Source of the DNA: a virus
Virus record (IMG/VR): IMGVR_UViG_3300035660_000001
Coordinates: 96,140 to 160,139 of that record
Length of the DNA stretch: 64,000 nucleotides
Direction: 5' to 3' (one strand)
Shown here in pieces: positions 1 through 10,430 of the stretch. Each line of letters begins with the position of its first letter. Position 1 is the first letter of the stretch. The position numbers were made by a program, and so were the translations under genes. The notes below the pieces were generated by a model, which was given only the letters and a program-made list of their open reading frames with translations, was not told where the DNA came from and did no database searches.

Positions 1-3000
1 GGATCGTCTGGTGCCTCGGGGAACTCGGGATACTCGGGGTTCTCGGGGTTCTCTGGATCCAGCGGGGCGTCTGGTCTGTCGGGGGCCAGTGGAGCGTCCG
101 GAGCCAGTGGGGCAAGTGGTCTTTCCGGCTACAGCGGCTTCTCCGGGTTTAGTGGACCTTCCGGGGCATCCGGGCAGAGTGGAGCGAGCGGTGCATCAGG
201 AGCATCAGGATATAGCGGGTTCAGCGGATTCACAGGAGCATCAGGAGCGTCAGGTGCCAGTGGAGCTTCAGGTGCATCAGGACAATCAGGCTACAGTGGT
301 TTCTCGGGTTTCAGTGGCCTATCGGGAACTTCAGGAGCATCTGGTGCATCAGGGGCCAGCGGTCAGTCTGGGTATTCTGGGTTCTCTGGATTCAGCGGGG
401 CATCCGGCCTCTCGGGTACGAGTGGTGCTTCCGGAGCCTCTGGGGCGTCTGGAGCTTCAGGTGCTTCTGGATACAGCGGGTTCAGCGGGTTCTCTGGGAT
501 CTCCGGAGCCTCGGGAGCTAGTGGTCTTTCAGGTGCGTCTGGACAGTCGGGCTACTCGGGACTTTCTGGATTTTCTGGCCCGTCAGGTGCGTCTGGGGCC
601 AGTGGAGCATCCGGGCAGTCCGGGTACTCCGGGTTCTCGGGGTTCACCGGGGCATCCGGTTTAAGCGGAGCGTCGGGAGCCAGCGGCGCAAGTGGCGCCA
701 GCGGTCAATCGGGTTACTCAGGGTTCTCGGGATTTACAGGACTCAGCGGGGCCTCTGGTCTCAGCGGTGCCAGCGGGGCATCAGGTGCCAGCGGCCAGTC
801 CGGGTACTCCGGCCTCAGTGGTTTCTCGGGTCCAGGTGGGGCGTCCGGTGCTTCTGGGGCTAGTGGTCAATCGGGATATAGTGGGTTCAGTGGTTTCTCG
901 GGCCTCAGCGGAACTTCCGGAGCATCCGGCGCGTCGGGAGCTTCAGGCCAATCAGGGTATTCGGGCTTCTCGGGATTTTCCGGTTTGTCCGGATTGTCCG
1001 GAGCGTCAGGCGCGAGCGGTGCGTCTGGTGCTTCAGGTCAGTCCGGATATTCTGGTTTCTCGGGGTTCACTGGTGCTTCCGGTCTCTCCGGGGCCAGCGG
1101 AGACTCGGGGGCCTCGGGTCAGAGCGGGTATTCTGGATTTTCAGGTTTCACAGGGGCATCGGGAGCGTCCGGCCTTAGTGGTGCGTCCGGCCAATCTGGT
1201 TATTCTGGATTCTCCGGCTTCAGTGGGATCTCGGGAGCCAGCGGAGCTTCCGGGGCCTCGGGAGCATCGGGGCAAAGCGGTTACAGCGGGTTTTCTGGAT
1301 TCAGTGGTCTGTCAGGTTCTTCCGGCGCATCGGGGGCCTCCGGCGCCTCGGGAGCATCAGGACAATCCGGCTACTCGGGATTCAGTGGATTCACGGGGGC
1401 ATCGGGACTAAGCGGAGCATCGGGGGCCTCGGGAGCGAGCGGACAAAGTGGATACTCAGGTCTCAGTGGTCTTTCTGGAGCGGTGGGACTTTCGGGCGCG
1501 TCTGGTTATTCAGGATTTAGTGGGTTCAGCGGTGCGAGCGGGGCATCAGGTCTTTCTGGTGCGAGTGGGGCATCCGGGGCCAGCGGCCAGAGCGGCTATT
1601 CGGGATTCAGTGGGTTCACCGGGGCTTCCGGAGCCTCAGGTGCGAGTGGAGCTTCTGGTGCTTCCGGACTCTCCGGCTACAGCGGTCTTAGCGGACTCAG
1701 CGGATCGTCTGGCGCGTCTGGCGCGTCCGGGGCCTCCGGCCTCAGTGGGTATTCCGGATTCTCGGGATTCACTGGGCTTAGTGGAGCTTCCGGGGCAAGT
1801 GGAGCTTCCGGGGCCAGCGGCCAAAGCGGTTACAGCGGCTTCTCCGGGTTTTCAGGACTTTCTGGTGCGAGTGGCGCGTCCGGAGCTTCCGGCGCATCAG
1901 GACTTTCAGGTGCTTCCGGAGCCAGTGGCCTCAGCGGCTACTCCGGATTTAGCGGATTCACGGGAGCCTCTGGCCTTAGTGGGGCCTCGGGAGCGAGTGG
2001 AGCAAGTGGGCAGTCCGGATATTCCGGCTTCTCAGGCTTCACCGGAGCCTCTGGGCTCAGCGGAGCTTCAGGAGCGAGTGGAGCCTCCGGTCAGTCTGGG
2101 TATTCCGGATTCAGCGGATTCAGCGGCCTCAGCGGTGCTTCCGGCCTTTCAGGAGCCTCGGGTGCCAGTGGTGCTAGTGGAGCATCCGGAGCCAGCGGAG
2201 CGAGTGGCTACTCGGGCTTCTCGGGCTTCACGGGAGCCTCGGGACTTTCTGGGGCATCCGGCGCTTCCGGAGCTTCCGGCCTCAGTGGATACTCAGGCTT
2301 TTCGGGATTCACTGGGGCTAGTGGTCTCTCTGGAGCCTCCGGCGCCTCAGGCGCCAGCGGACAGTCCGGCTACTCGGGCTTCAGCGGATTCAGTGGACTC
2401 TCGGGTGCCTCGGGAGCGAGTGGAGCATCTGGGGCTTCTGGACAGTCGGGATATAGCGGACTCTCTGGGTTTTCTGGACTCTCTGGGGCCTCCGGAGCCT
2501 CGGGAGCATCAGGGCTCTCGGGAGCATCCGGGGCCAGCGGTCTAAGCGGCTACTCAGGCTTCAGTGGGTTCACGGGTGCTTCCGGCGCATCGGGTCTTAG
2601 CGGGGCCTCTGGTGCATCCGGACAAAGTGGATATTCGGGCTTCAGCGGCTTTACCGGGGCGAGTGGTCTGTCTGGTCTTTCCGGGGCCAGCGGGGCCTCC
2701 GGGGCCAGCGGCTATTCCGGATTCAGCGGGTTCTCGGGACTGTCCGGTGCATCCGGTCTCAGCGGAGCGAGCGGGGCCAGCGGAACTTCCGGAGCTTCGG
2801 GCCAATCAGGTTACTCTGGTCTCAGCGGTTTCTCTGGCCTCAGTGGAGCTTCAGGAGCCTCGGGGGCCAGCGGGGCATCTGGACAAAGCGGGTACTCTGG
2901 TTTCAGCGGCTTCACTGGTGCTTCGGGTCTCAGCGGAGCGTCAGGCGCCTCCGGTGCTTCCGGTCTAAGCGGTTATTCCGGGTTCAGCGGATTTACGGGC

Positions 3001-3975
3001 GCCAGCGGGCTTTCCGGATTATCCGGAGCTAGTGGCGCCTCTGGCGCGTCGGGGGCTTCAGGCCAATCGGGTTACAGTGGATTCTCGGGGTTCACGGGGT
3101 TATCCGGTGCATCAGGTCTTTCGGGTGCCAGCGGGGCTAGTGGAGCGTCCGGCCAGAGTGGGTATAGTGGTTTCAGCGGATTCAGCGGGTTGTCCGGTCT
3201 CTCCGGAGCTAGTGGGGCTTCAGGAGCGAGCGGGGCAAGCGGAGCTTCCGGCCAGTCGGGCTATTCCGGGTTCTCTGGGTTCACCGGCGCCTCCGGCCTC
3301 AGTGGAGCAAGTGGTGCTTCTGGAGCCTCCGGTCTCAGCGGATATAGTGGCTTCAGTGGCTTTTCCGGGATCTCAGGCGCGTCTGGACTTAGCGGGGCCT
3401 CTGGTGCCAGTGGTCTATCGGGCTACTCCGGCTTCAGCGGATTCACCGGGGCCTCGGGCCTCAGTGGGGCTTCGGGAGCATCGGGTGCATCAGGCGCCTC
3501 GGGAGCTTCCGGCCTCTCGGGCTACTCAGGCTTCTCAGGCTTCAGTGGTTTAAGTGGAGCGTCAGGAGCCTCAGGTGCTTCCGGGGCTTCCGGTCAGAGC
3601 GGGTATTCCGGATTTAGTGGATTTACGGGTCTTAGCGGTGCCTCGGGAGCAAGCGGAGCATCCGGAGCTTCTGGCCTCTCCGGGTATTCTGGTTTTAGTG
3701 GATTCACAGGAGCCTCTGGTCTTTCTGGGGCATCTGGGGCCAGCGGCGCCTCGGGGCTAAGTGGATATTCCGGCTTCTCAGGCTTTTCTGGTCTCTCCGG
3801 CCTCAGCGGAGCGAGCGGAGCCTCTGGTGCTTCGGGAGCGAGCGGAGCGTCTGGACTTTCTGGTTATTCTGGATTCTCTGGTTTTACCGGGGCTAGTGGC
3901 TTGTCCGGAACTTCAGGGGCTTCAGGAGCTTCTGGGGCCTCAGGTGCCAGCGGGGCATCGGGGTATAGTGGCTAT
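1..3975 (+). repeat. Coding tandem repeat of (S/T)G(A/L/F/Y/Q) triplets with recurring SGYSGFSGF blocks
   Basis: About 440 consecutive triplets seen directly; synonymous codons heavily scrambled. Confidence 0.95.
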
Positions 3976-5439
3976 CTCTCTCCTTCTCTGTTTAGAAACT
4001 ATACCAACGCAGAATATCTGGCCAGCGATACAGCGGGATGGTACGCTCCCGTGGCGAGAACTGGAAACGAAAGAGTTTATCTCTGCCAGACTCCGCAGAC
4101 TCAGAATAATGTTGGGTTCCGCATCAGAGCGGCGTTTAAGCCCAATGCCTCGACAGATACCTACGGAATATGTTTTGGATGGAATGGAGTAAACCCGGCA
4201 TCTGCTACGGGGTTGGTCTTTTACTATACTGGTGCCGGAACTACACTAAATATGTCTGTTGATAATGCCGGAAGCTGGTCTAGTGTGTCTGGCGGTGCTT
4301 TTACGGTCACATTGGCTACGGGACAGTGGCATAATATAGAACTCTATATATATCCCAACGTTGGAAGTGCTGTCAATGTAGTCGATTGCTATTGCGATGG
4401 TATTTTCTACTATCGGATGACGACTTCCGACTTCTCTGCTTTCGCCGCTTATACGGGTTACTATGGGGTCTGGTTGGATGCCACGGCGGTCAGGGTTCAC
4501 CCCGACTTTATCGTCGATGAACTTGGGTCGGTTATGGCCCCGAAGATCAGCTACGAAGGTTATCCGGGTTTCTACGACCACTTCGACGGGACCTCTCTCG
4601 ACACAAATTCTTGGACTAAGGTGGGAGCCTCTGCTACTTATTCGGTGAATCAAAGTATAATAGGTATCCTGAACGCCGGGGGCACCTATGGTGAAATGTA
4701 TACAAAGAGGACGTGGCTATACGGTAGACTTTCCATGCGGGTGAAGGATGATTTCGATAGGTCGGGTGTGTTCCGAAACGCCGTTGGTTTCTGGAATGCG
4801 GCAGGTACTTATTATGTTCGCTTTAATGACGGTAAGTTTGAGACCTACGATGGGACAGTAACTCAGACGACGGTCGCGGTTCCAGCCAAGGCATGGCATC
4901 TTATAGAGATTACGTGGGACCCTAATAAGTGTAGGATGTTATTAAACGGTCAGGTCGTTGCAGAACATACGACACACATTCCGACGAACGTTTGGTTGCC
5001 TGTCCATATTTTTTCTGGCGACACTTCTGTTGGTATTAGTTTCGATTGGATTGGTGTTGTCGGGGCGTATGGTCTTAAGAACATAGACCACCTGTCTTTC
5101 GGAACTTTGGCTGGAGCAGGCGACCGCTATTTCAGCGTTGGGAACGAAGCGACTGGAACAAGATATTCAACACTGATGATGTCTCCCGGAAGAATTATAG
5201 GGTTACGGTGTCGTGGTGCGACCATAGGATTGAGGACAGCACTTAGGAATGTAGCTCCCGTCTACTTTGCTGAGGGTGATGATATATCTGTCCGAATATG
5301 GTATACTATGGTTGGAGGAACTTTTGTGGAAGTTTGGAAGAATGGTGCTCTGGCGACAGGGTGGTCTGATAATGTTGATGCGGTCAGTGATTCTCGTAAC
5401 CAGGAGTGGGTTGCTACGGTCTTGGTGGAGTACCTGTAA
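1..5439 (+). CDS. Giant Ser-Gly-X collagen-like repeat protein with C-terminal ConA/LamG-like lectin domains; probable tail fibre/adhesin (5' end outside window)
   Basis: Frame of ORF 985..5439 reads GSSGASGNSGYSGF from base 1. Gly at every third residue up to ~3975. Beta-rich C-terminus with WHNIELY and WHLIEITW motifs typical of LamG/ConA folds. Confidence 0.8.
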   Translation, partial: GSSGASGNSGYSGFSGFSGSSGASGLSGASGASGASGASGLSGYSGFSGFSGPSGASGQSGASGASGASGYSGFSGFTGASGASGASGASGASGQSGYSGFSGFSGLSGTSGASGASGASGQSGYSGFSGFSGASGLSGTSGASGASGASGASGASGYSGFSGFSGISGASGASGLSGASGQSGYSGLSGFSGPSGASGASGASGQSGYSGFSGFTGASGLSGASGASGASGASGQSGYSGFSGFTGLSGASGLSGASGASGASGQSGYSGLSGFSGPGGASGASGASGQSGYSGFSGFSGLSGTSGASGASGASGQSGYSGFSGFSGLSGLSGASGASGASGASGQSGYSGFSGFTGASGLSGASGDSGASGQSGYSGFSGFTGASGASGLSGASGQSGYSGFSGFSGISGASGASGASGASGQSGYSGFSGFSGLSGSSGASGASGASGASGQSGYSGFSGFTGASGLSGASGASGASGQSGYSGLSGLSGAVGLSGASGYSGFSGFSGASGASGLSGASGASGASGQSGYSGFSGFTGASGASGASGASGASGLSGYSGLSGLSGSSGASGASGASGLSGYSGFSGFTGLSGASGASGASGASGQSGYSGFSGFSGLSGASGASGASGASGLSGASGASGLSGYSGFSGFTGASGLSGASGASGASGQSGYSGFSGFTGASGLSGASGASGASGQSGYSGFSGFSGLSGASGLSGASGASGASGASGASGASGYSGFSGFTGASGLSGASGASGASGLSGYSGFSGFTGASGLSGASGASGASGQSGYSGFSGFSGLSGASGASGASGASGQSGYSGLSGFSGLSGASGASGASGLSGASGASGLSGYSGFSGFTGASGASGLSGASGASGQSGYSGFSGFTGASGLSGLSGASGASGASGYSGFSGFSGLSGASGLSGASGASGTSGASGQSGYSGLSGFSGLSGASGASGASGASGQSGYSGFSGFTGASGLSGASGASGASGLSGYSGFSGFTGASGLSGLSGASGASGASGASGQSGYSGFSGFTGLSGASGLSGASGASGASGQSGYSGFSGFSGLSGLSGASGASGASGASGASGQSGYSGFSGFTGASGLSGASGASGASGLSGYSGFSGFSGISGASGLSGASGASGLSGYSGFSGFTGASGLSGASGASGASGASGASGLSGYSGFSGFSGLSGASGASGASGASGQSGYSGFSGFTGLSGASGASGASGASGLSGYSGFSGFTGASGLSGASGASGASGLSGYSGFSGFSGLSGLSGASGASGASGASGASGLSGYSGFSGFTGASGLSGTSGASGASGASGASGASGYSGYLSPSLFRNYTNAEYLASDTAGWYAPVARTGNERVYLCQTPQTQNNVGFRIRAAFKPNASTDTYGICFGWNGVNPASATGLVFYYTGAGTTLNMSVDNAGSWSSVSGGAFTVTLATGQWHNIELYIYPNVGSAVNVVDCYCDGIFYYRMTTSDFSAFAAYTGYYGVWLDATAVRVHPDFIVDELGSVMAPKISYEGYPGFYDHFDGTSLDTNSWTKVGASATYSVNQSIIGILNAGGTYGEMYTKRTWLYGRLSMRVKDDFDRSGVFRNAVGFWNAAGTYYVRFNDGKFETYDGTVTQTTVAVPAKAWHLIEITWDPNKCRMLLNGQVVAEHTTHIPTNVWLPVHIFSGDTSVGISFDWIGVVGAYGLKNIDHLSFGTLAGAGDRYFSVGNEATGTRYSTLMMSPGRIIGLRCRGATIGLRTALRNVAPVYFAEGDDISVRIWYTMVGGTFVEVWKNGALATGWSDNVDAVSDSRNQEWVATVLVEYL

Positions 5440-5451
5440 AAAGGAGGATGC

Positions 5452-5688
5452 ATGAAGTATTTTAGGCAAGGAGTTCTGGTGCCGGGGGAAACGTTCGGGA
5501 CGTTCATGAAGAAACCCATCCCCATCCAGGCGGCGCGAATTGACGAGCCCTTCGAGGTTCAGACTCTCGAGGGAACGATGACGGGGAATGCAGGAGACTA
5601 TCTGCTGATCGGGGTCCTGGGCGAGCTGTATCCCTGCAAGAAGGAGATCTTCGAAACAACCTATCAACCCGTGGAGGAGACGAAATGA
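5452..5688 (+). CDS. Small phage protein, PGDYG-like
   Basis: TLEGTMTGNAGDYLLIGVLGELYPCKKEIFETTY motif; SD AGGAGG upstream. Confidence 0.7.
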   Translation: MKYFRQGVLVPGETFGTFMKKPIPIQAARIDEPFEVQTLEGTMTGNAGDYLLIGVLGELYPCKKEIFETTYQPVEETK

Positions 5689-6446
5689 ATACCTCCGGAG
5701 CCCTCGAAATAACGACCGTGATCGGCTGTGTCAACCGGTGCAAATACTGCCCGCAGAAGAAGCTGGTCTATAATTACCACCTGCAGGCGAAGCAACCGAA
5801 GGAAATGGCATTGGCCGACTTTGAGACTATCATCTCTACGGTTCCCAAGCCCGTCCGGATCGACTTCTCCGGCTTCTCGGAGCCCTTCCTGAATCCGGAG
5901 GGTTCACGGATGATACGGGCGGCCGCTGATAAGGGGCATCCCGTAGCCCTCTACACGACGATGGTCGGCATGACGGAGAAGGATGTGGCCACCATCCAGG
6001 GGATCGCCTTCGACACCCTAGTCATCCACAGGACGGCTTCCCCGGAGCTCACGGACGAGTGGTTCAAGAAGAAGCGGGATGCCCTGGCCGGAGCCGTGGA
6101 CGCGAAGATCAAGAACCTCGAGGATCGGGTGCATTCCCCCGTCTCCCGGGCCGGAAATCTGTATCCCACCGTCACGGCGGTGGAGGGCCCCCTTCACTGC
6201 GGGGCATGCGGGGATCACTTCAACCGCAACGAAGTTCTGCCGAACGGGAACGTCTACCTGTGTTGCATGGACTACGGCCTGAAGCACAGGATCGGAAATC
6301 TCCTGAAGCAGAGCTGGGATAGCCTAGACCGGGATTCCATCCGGAAGATGGCCCGGGCAGATAGCTCGGATTTACTATGTCGTTCATGTGAAAATGCGAG
6401 GAGGAGCAATGTCTCTCATCAAGACGGACCGGTTCCAACGGCGTGA
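5685..6446 (+). CDS. Radical SAM/SPASM-domain protein
   Basis: CxxxCxxC (CVNRCKYC); C-terminal GNVYLCCMD...IGNL...CRSC SPASM-like motif. Confidence 0.85.
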   Translation: MNTSGALEITTVIGCVNRCKYCPQKKLVYNYHLQAKQPKEMALADFETIISTVPKPVRIDFSGFSEPFLNPEGSRMIRAAADKGHPVALYTTMVGMTEKDVATIQGIAFDTLVIHRTASPELTDEWFKKKRDALAGAVDAKIKNLEDRVHSPVSRAGNLYPTVTAVEGPLHCGACGDHFNRNEVLPNGNVYLCCMDYGLKHRIGNLLKQSWDSLDRDSIRKMARADSSDLLCRSCENARRSNVSHQDGPVPTA

Positions 6447-8640
6447 GCGGGATCTGCTAATCCACCTCCGCAAGTGGTGGGGTGTTTTAGCGAAGGACGT
6501 ATTCCGGAACAAGAAAGACAAGTTCGACTCGGAGGATCCCGAGGGGGATGCCCTCCGGCTGAAGGAGATCACCCGCAGGATTCTCGACCGGATCGTGTTC
6601 ATCCGGTTCTGTGAGGATCGCAAGGCCCTTGCCAGACCCCACCTGAATACCCTCTTCCCCGAAGGCACCACAGGCAACGCCCTCGACGTTCTCCGGCAGG
6701 AGTTCCAGCACTACCACGGTATTTTCGGGGGAGACTTATTTGAAGCCCAGGAGTGGGAGTCCTGGGTCTTTATCACCCCGGACGTCCTGCGGTCGATCCT
6801 TGCCGATGCCTATGAATCCCACCAGTTCGACCAGATCTCCCTGGATATTCTCGGCACCATGCACGAGGCCTACTTCGGATGCTCTATTAAGATAGTGAAG
6901 TGGACGTCCGTCGGCGAGGGGGAATCCGAGAGAGGTAAGACGATGCACGATGTCGAGTACTCCTTCAATTCGGAGGAGCGGAAGGTCGGCGGAGTTTACT
7001 ATACCCCGAAGCACATCGTGGATCACATCATCGACCAGACAGTCCGATTGTGCATGCGGGATGTTTCCTTAGACGAGGCGAAGGGCCTCCGGATCATCGA
7101 CCCTGCCTGTGGCTCCGGTAACTTCCTCGTCGCGGCCTACGAGTATCTGCTGGCCTACTTCGAGAGCAAGAAGGGGAGCAAGCTCGAGTTCAAGGACCGG
7201 GCGACTATTCTTGTCACCCAGATCTTCGGCGTCGACCTGGACGCTAATGCGGTGCGACTGGCCCGGCTCTCCCTGCTCCTGAAGCTCTATGAGGGGCAAG
7301 AAGTCGATGTTTCTCCGGGTGAGGTTAACCTGAATCTAACCCTAAACATCCAGTGCGGGAATACGCTTGTGGGCCCGGATATCGCAGAGAAGCCAGAGTT
7401 CTTTAATCTCCCCGAGGCAGAGCGGCAGAAGATCAACCCATTCGACTGGAATAAAAACTTCCCGGAAGCCATGTCCGATGGGGGCTTCGACGTCATCATC
7501 GGAAATCCGCCATACGTTACGACGGGATCCATGCATGACCCTCTGCAGTCTGCCTACTTTAAGGACAAGTATGCCACCCCGAAGGTGAAGTCCAACCTCT
7601 ACATCCTGTTCATCCTAAAGTCCATCTCCCTCCTGAAGCCGGGCGGCTACTTCTCGTTCATCGTTCCGATATCCCTGCTCTTCACCCAGGACGGGGAGCC
7701 CGCCCGCAGGGCCCTCCTCGACTGGAAGATCCTCGAGGTCAACGACGTCGGACCAGCCTTCGATGGGATCGCCATCGAATGCACTGTGTTCGCCATGCAG
7801 AAGGTTCTCCCCGGGCAGAACGTGATCACCGCCCGGATCGTCAACAAGACGGGGACGTTCGAGAGGACTAATCCCGTCAAGCAGGAGAGGTTCAAGGGTT
7901 TTCCAAGAGCCCTCCTCAACGTATTCTGCTCCGATAAGGACATAGAGATGTTCTCGAAGATAACCGTGCCCGGCAGGCCAACGATCGGGGACTTCCTTGC
8001 CCTCCACAGCGGGTTCCGTTGGGACGAGGCTCACAACGTCGCCGGTCCAGAACAGGGCGGGGTCAGGTCCCTCCTTGGGGCGGAAATCGAACGCTACAAG
8101 CTCGACCTGCGGGAGCACTGGGTGGATCCCGCCAAGAGCAAAGAGACCGCCCGGCTGGTCGACCGTTTCAAGGACGTTCCAGAGAAGATAGTCATCCGGG
8201 GTTTCACCAACCAGCTTATCGCCTCCCTGGATACCGACCGTTGCCTCTTCGTGGACGCCGTCTACGGGTGCGAGAACAACGGCAAGATGGATAACCGCTA
8301 TCTGCTGGGCGTCCTAAATACCCAGCTCCTCAATTACTTTGTGCGGAGATACTTCGTTCAGACCCGCAGGAGGATTCTCTGCGAGATACACATCTACCAG
8401 ATCCTTGAGCTCCCCGTCCCGGCTATAGGTCCGGCAGAGCAGGCTACCCATGACCAGATCGTAGCCCTCGTGAGCGAGCTCCTAACCCTCCACAAGACCC
8501 TCCCTTCCATCCAGGGCCATCACGAGAAGGCGTCGGCCCGCTGGCGGATTAAGACCGCCTACCAGGAGGTGGAGGACTTGGTTTCCGACCTTTACGGGCT
8601 CACCGCATCCGAGAGAAGGATGGTCGCTACCGGAATGTAG
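6409..8640 (+). CDS. Eco57I/TaqI-like (type IIG-like) N6-adenine DNA methyltransferase with specificity domain; no N-terminal nuclease
   Basis: GVYYTP, DPACGSGNFL, FDVIIGNPPY; TaqI_C-like tail; SD-supported ATG at 6409. Confidence 0.85.
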   Translation: MSLIKTDRFQRRERDLLIHLRKWWGVLAKDVFRNKKDKFDSEDPEGDALRLKEITRRILDRIVFIRFCEDRKALARPHLNTLFPEGTTGNALDVLRQEFQHYHGIFGGDLFEAQEWESWVFITPDVLRSILADAYESHQFDQISLDILGTMHEAYFGCSIKIVKWTSVGEGESERGKTMHDVEYSFNSEERKVGGVYYTPKHIVDHIIDQTVRLCMRDVSLDEAKGLRIIDPACGSGNFLVAAYEYLLAYFESKKGSKLEFKDRATILVTQIFGVDLDANAVRLARLSLLLKLYEGQEVDVSPGEVNLNLTLNIQCGNTLVGPDIAEKPEFFNLPEAERQKINPFDWNKNFPEAMSDGGFDVIIGNPPYVTTGSMHDPLQSAYFKDKYATPKVKSNLYILFILKSISLLKPGGYFSFIVPISLLFTQDGEPARRALLDWKILEVNDVGPAFDGIAIECTVFAMQKVLPGQNVITARIVNKTGTFERTNPVKQERFKGFPRALLNVFCSDKDIEMFSKITVPGRPTIGDFLALHSGFRWDEAHNVAGPEQGGVRSLLGAEIERYKLDLREHWVDPAKSKETARLVDRFKDVPEKIVIRGFTNQLIASLDTDRCLFVDAVYGCENNGKMDNRYLLGVLNTQLLNYFVRRYFVQTRRRILCEIHIYQILELPVPAIGPAEQATHDQIVALVSELLTLHKTLPSIQGHHEKASARWRIKTAYQEVEDLVSDLYGLTASERRMVATGM

Positions 8641-8810
8641 TCCCATTTTCGGTAAAACCCCTGCTTGGCTATTTTCACCTGCCTCGTAATCCCATTATTG
8701 GGACTACGACATTTCCGTCTTATTACTTAAGGTCCTTTGTTGTTTCTTAAAGCCGTTTGTAGTATTTAAGCTGTTTAGATAATAGCGTGTAGTCCCATTA
8801 TTGGGACTCG
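8637..8810. repeat. Repeated palindrome GTAGTCCCA-TTAT-TGGGACTAC in an AT-rich intergenic region
   Basis: Near-perfect copies at 8686-8707 and 8789-8810; half copy from 8637. Confidence 0.75.
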
Positions 8811-8832
8811 TATAACTTTTTTAGATAGGGTC

Positions 8833-8861
8833 TTGACAATCAAATTGGAATCAGTTATACT
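8833..8861 (+). promoter_or_regulatory. sigma70-type promoter
   Basis: TTGACA-17bp-TATACT upstream of the glycosylation locus. Confidence 0.75.
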
Positions 8862-8900
8862 ATTTGCCAATCTATGATGCAGGAGAAGAACCTCTAATTC

Positions 8901-10430
8901 ATGTGGTCTGCGGAAACATCTAAAGGCTTCGAGTCCCGTAAGTGTCGTGCTCGTCTCGAAGGGTTCTGTAAAGGAACCGGCGTTGATCTCGGATGTGGTG
9001 ATGAGAAGGTCGTTCCCACAGCTATCGGAGTGGATCGTGCTGGCAAGGAAGTGAATGTCGCCGGAGACATCACTTCCCTTCCTATTTTCTCGGACGACGC
9101 CTTCGATTACGTATTCTCCTCCCACGCCCTCGAAGATCAGGTCGACACGATGGCGACCCTTCGGGAGTGGTGTCGGCTTGTGAGGCCGGGGGGCTATCTT
9201 GTTCTCTACGTTCCGCACAAGAACTTCTATCCCAATATCGGAATGCCGGGATCTAATCCGAACCACCGCTACGACTTCTTGCCGGAGGATATCCTTCGGC
9301 TTTTAGCTCTTCTGGACGGCATGGAGTTCCTTCACGTCGAATCCCACAACGAGAACGACGAGTATGCCTTTGACCTCGTAGCCCGGAAGGTCGACTTCCA
9401 GTCCGACAGGGATCGGCTGATCACGACCGTGAAGAATTTGAACTACCTGCCGGAGGATCCCGTGCTTCTGGCTCAGCTGAAGGACTTGCGGACGAAGGTC
9501 GACTCCATCCAGGTTCAGAGGCTCGGGATGCTCGGGGACATGCTCATGACCCTCCCCGCCGTGTCCCAGCTCAAGAAGAAGCACGACGTCCTCATTTACC
9601 TCACCGATCCCAAGTGGCTCCCCTTGATTGCAGACCATCCGGACATCGACGTTATCCGCTTCTCTAACCCGCCCGGGACGCCTCCCGGGGAGAAGGGCTT
9701 CGCCCAGTGGCCGGACACGGATATCTACTTCCGGTATCCCGATCGGAAGGTCCAGGACACGAAGCATCTCACGGAGTGGTTCTGTGAGCAGGCCAGGGTC
9801 CCGCCGAGCCGAGATATCTACTACCCCGTCGACCCGAACGTCTGGAAGACTATGGGGGAGATCGTCGGCAAGGTCGGCATGCCCTATATCGTCGTTCACC
9901 CTTACCCCGGCTTCACGATCAACAAGGCCTGGCCGCCCCGGCTGTGGGCCCGGCTTTGCCAGCGTCTGATGGTAGAGGGCTACAGGATCATTCAGGTCGG
10001 AGATCGTGGGGAAGAGCCCGTCCTGAAGGAGAGCTACAATTTTACTTGTGCCGCTGGGATGACGAACCTGAAGGGTCTGGCCGCCCTCATAGGCCGGGCT
10101 CAGGCGTTGATCTGCGGGGACTCCGTGACCAATCATCTCTCGCAGGCCATGAAGACCCGCGCGGTCGTGATTTTCGGAAGCACGTGCCCGAAGAGCTCCG
10201 GCTACGATCAGAATGTAAATATCTTCCAGGGCGTCAAGTGCCAGCCCTGCTATATGGAGGACAAGATTTGCAACCACAGGGCATGCCTCGACGGGGTTTC
10301 CGTTGAGCAAGTCTACGACGCCCTGATGTCGGTCCTGAAGGTGGGGAAAACTTCAAGTATAGAAGAACCCCGCATTCACAATCGGGATCAAGAGGAGGTG
10401 AAGAAAAGTGAAGATAGCGTTCGACCTTGA
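8901..10430 (+). CDS. SAM methyltransferase fused to GT9 (heptosyltransferase-like) glycosyltransferase
   Basis: DLGCG and FSSHALED in the N-terminus; LGDMLM, KAWP and ICGDSVTNHL GT9 motifs. Confidence 0.85.
   Translation: MWSAETSKGFESRKCRARLEGFCKGTGVDLGCGDEKVVPTAIGVDRAGKEVNVAGDITSLPIFSDDAFDYVFSSHALEDQVDTMATLREWCRLVRPGGYLVLYVPHKNFYPNIGMPGSNPNHRYDFLPEDILRLLALLDGMEFLHVESHNENDEYAFDLVARKVDFQSDRDRLITTVKNLNYLPEDPVLLAQLKDLRTKVDSIQVQRLGMLGDMLMTLPAVSQLKKKHDVLIYLTDPKWLPLIADHPDIDVIRFSNPPGTPPGEKGFAQWPDTDIYFRYPDRKVQDTKHLTEWFCEQARVPPSRDIYYPVDPNVWKTMGEIVGKVGMPYIVVHPYPGFTINKAWPPRLWARLCQRLMVEGYRIIQVGDRGEEPVLKESYNFTCAAGMTNLKGLAALIGRAQALICGDSVTNHLSQAMKTRAVVIFGSTCPKSSGYDQNVNIFQGVKCQPCYMEDKICNHRACLDGVSVEQVYDALMSVLKVGKTSSIEEPRIHNRDQEEVKKSEDSVRP

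Noticed and set aside
11-4192. Long alternative-frame ORFs over the fibre gene
   Set aside because: By-products of stop-poor GC-rich repeat codons.
3975-5439. Diversity-generating retroelement target in the fibre tip
   Set aside because: No reverse transcriptase or template/variable repeat pair seen in the window.
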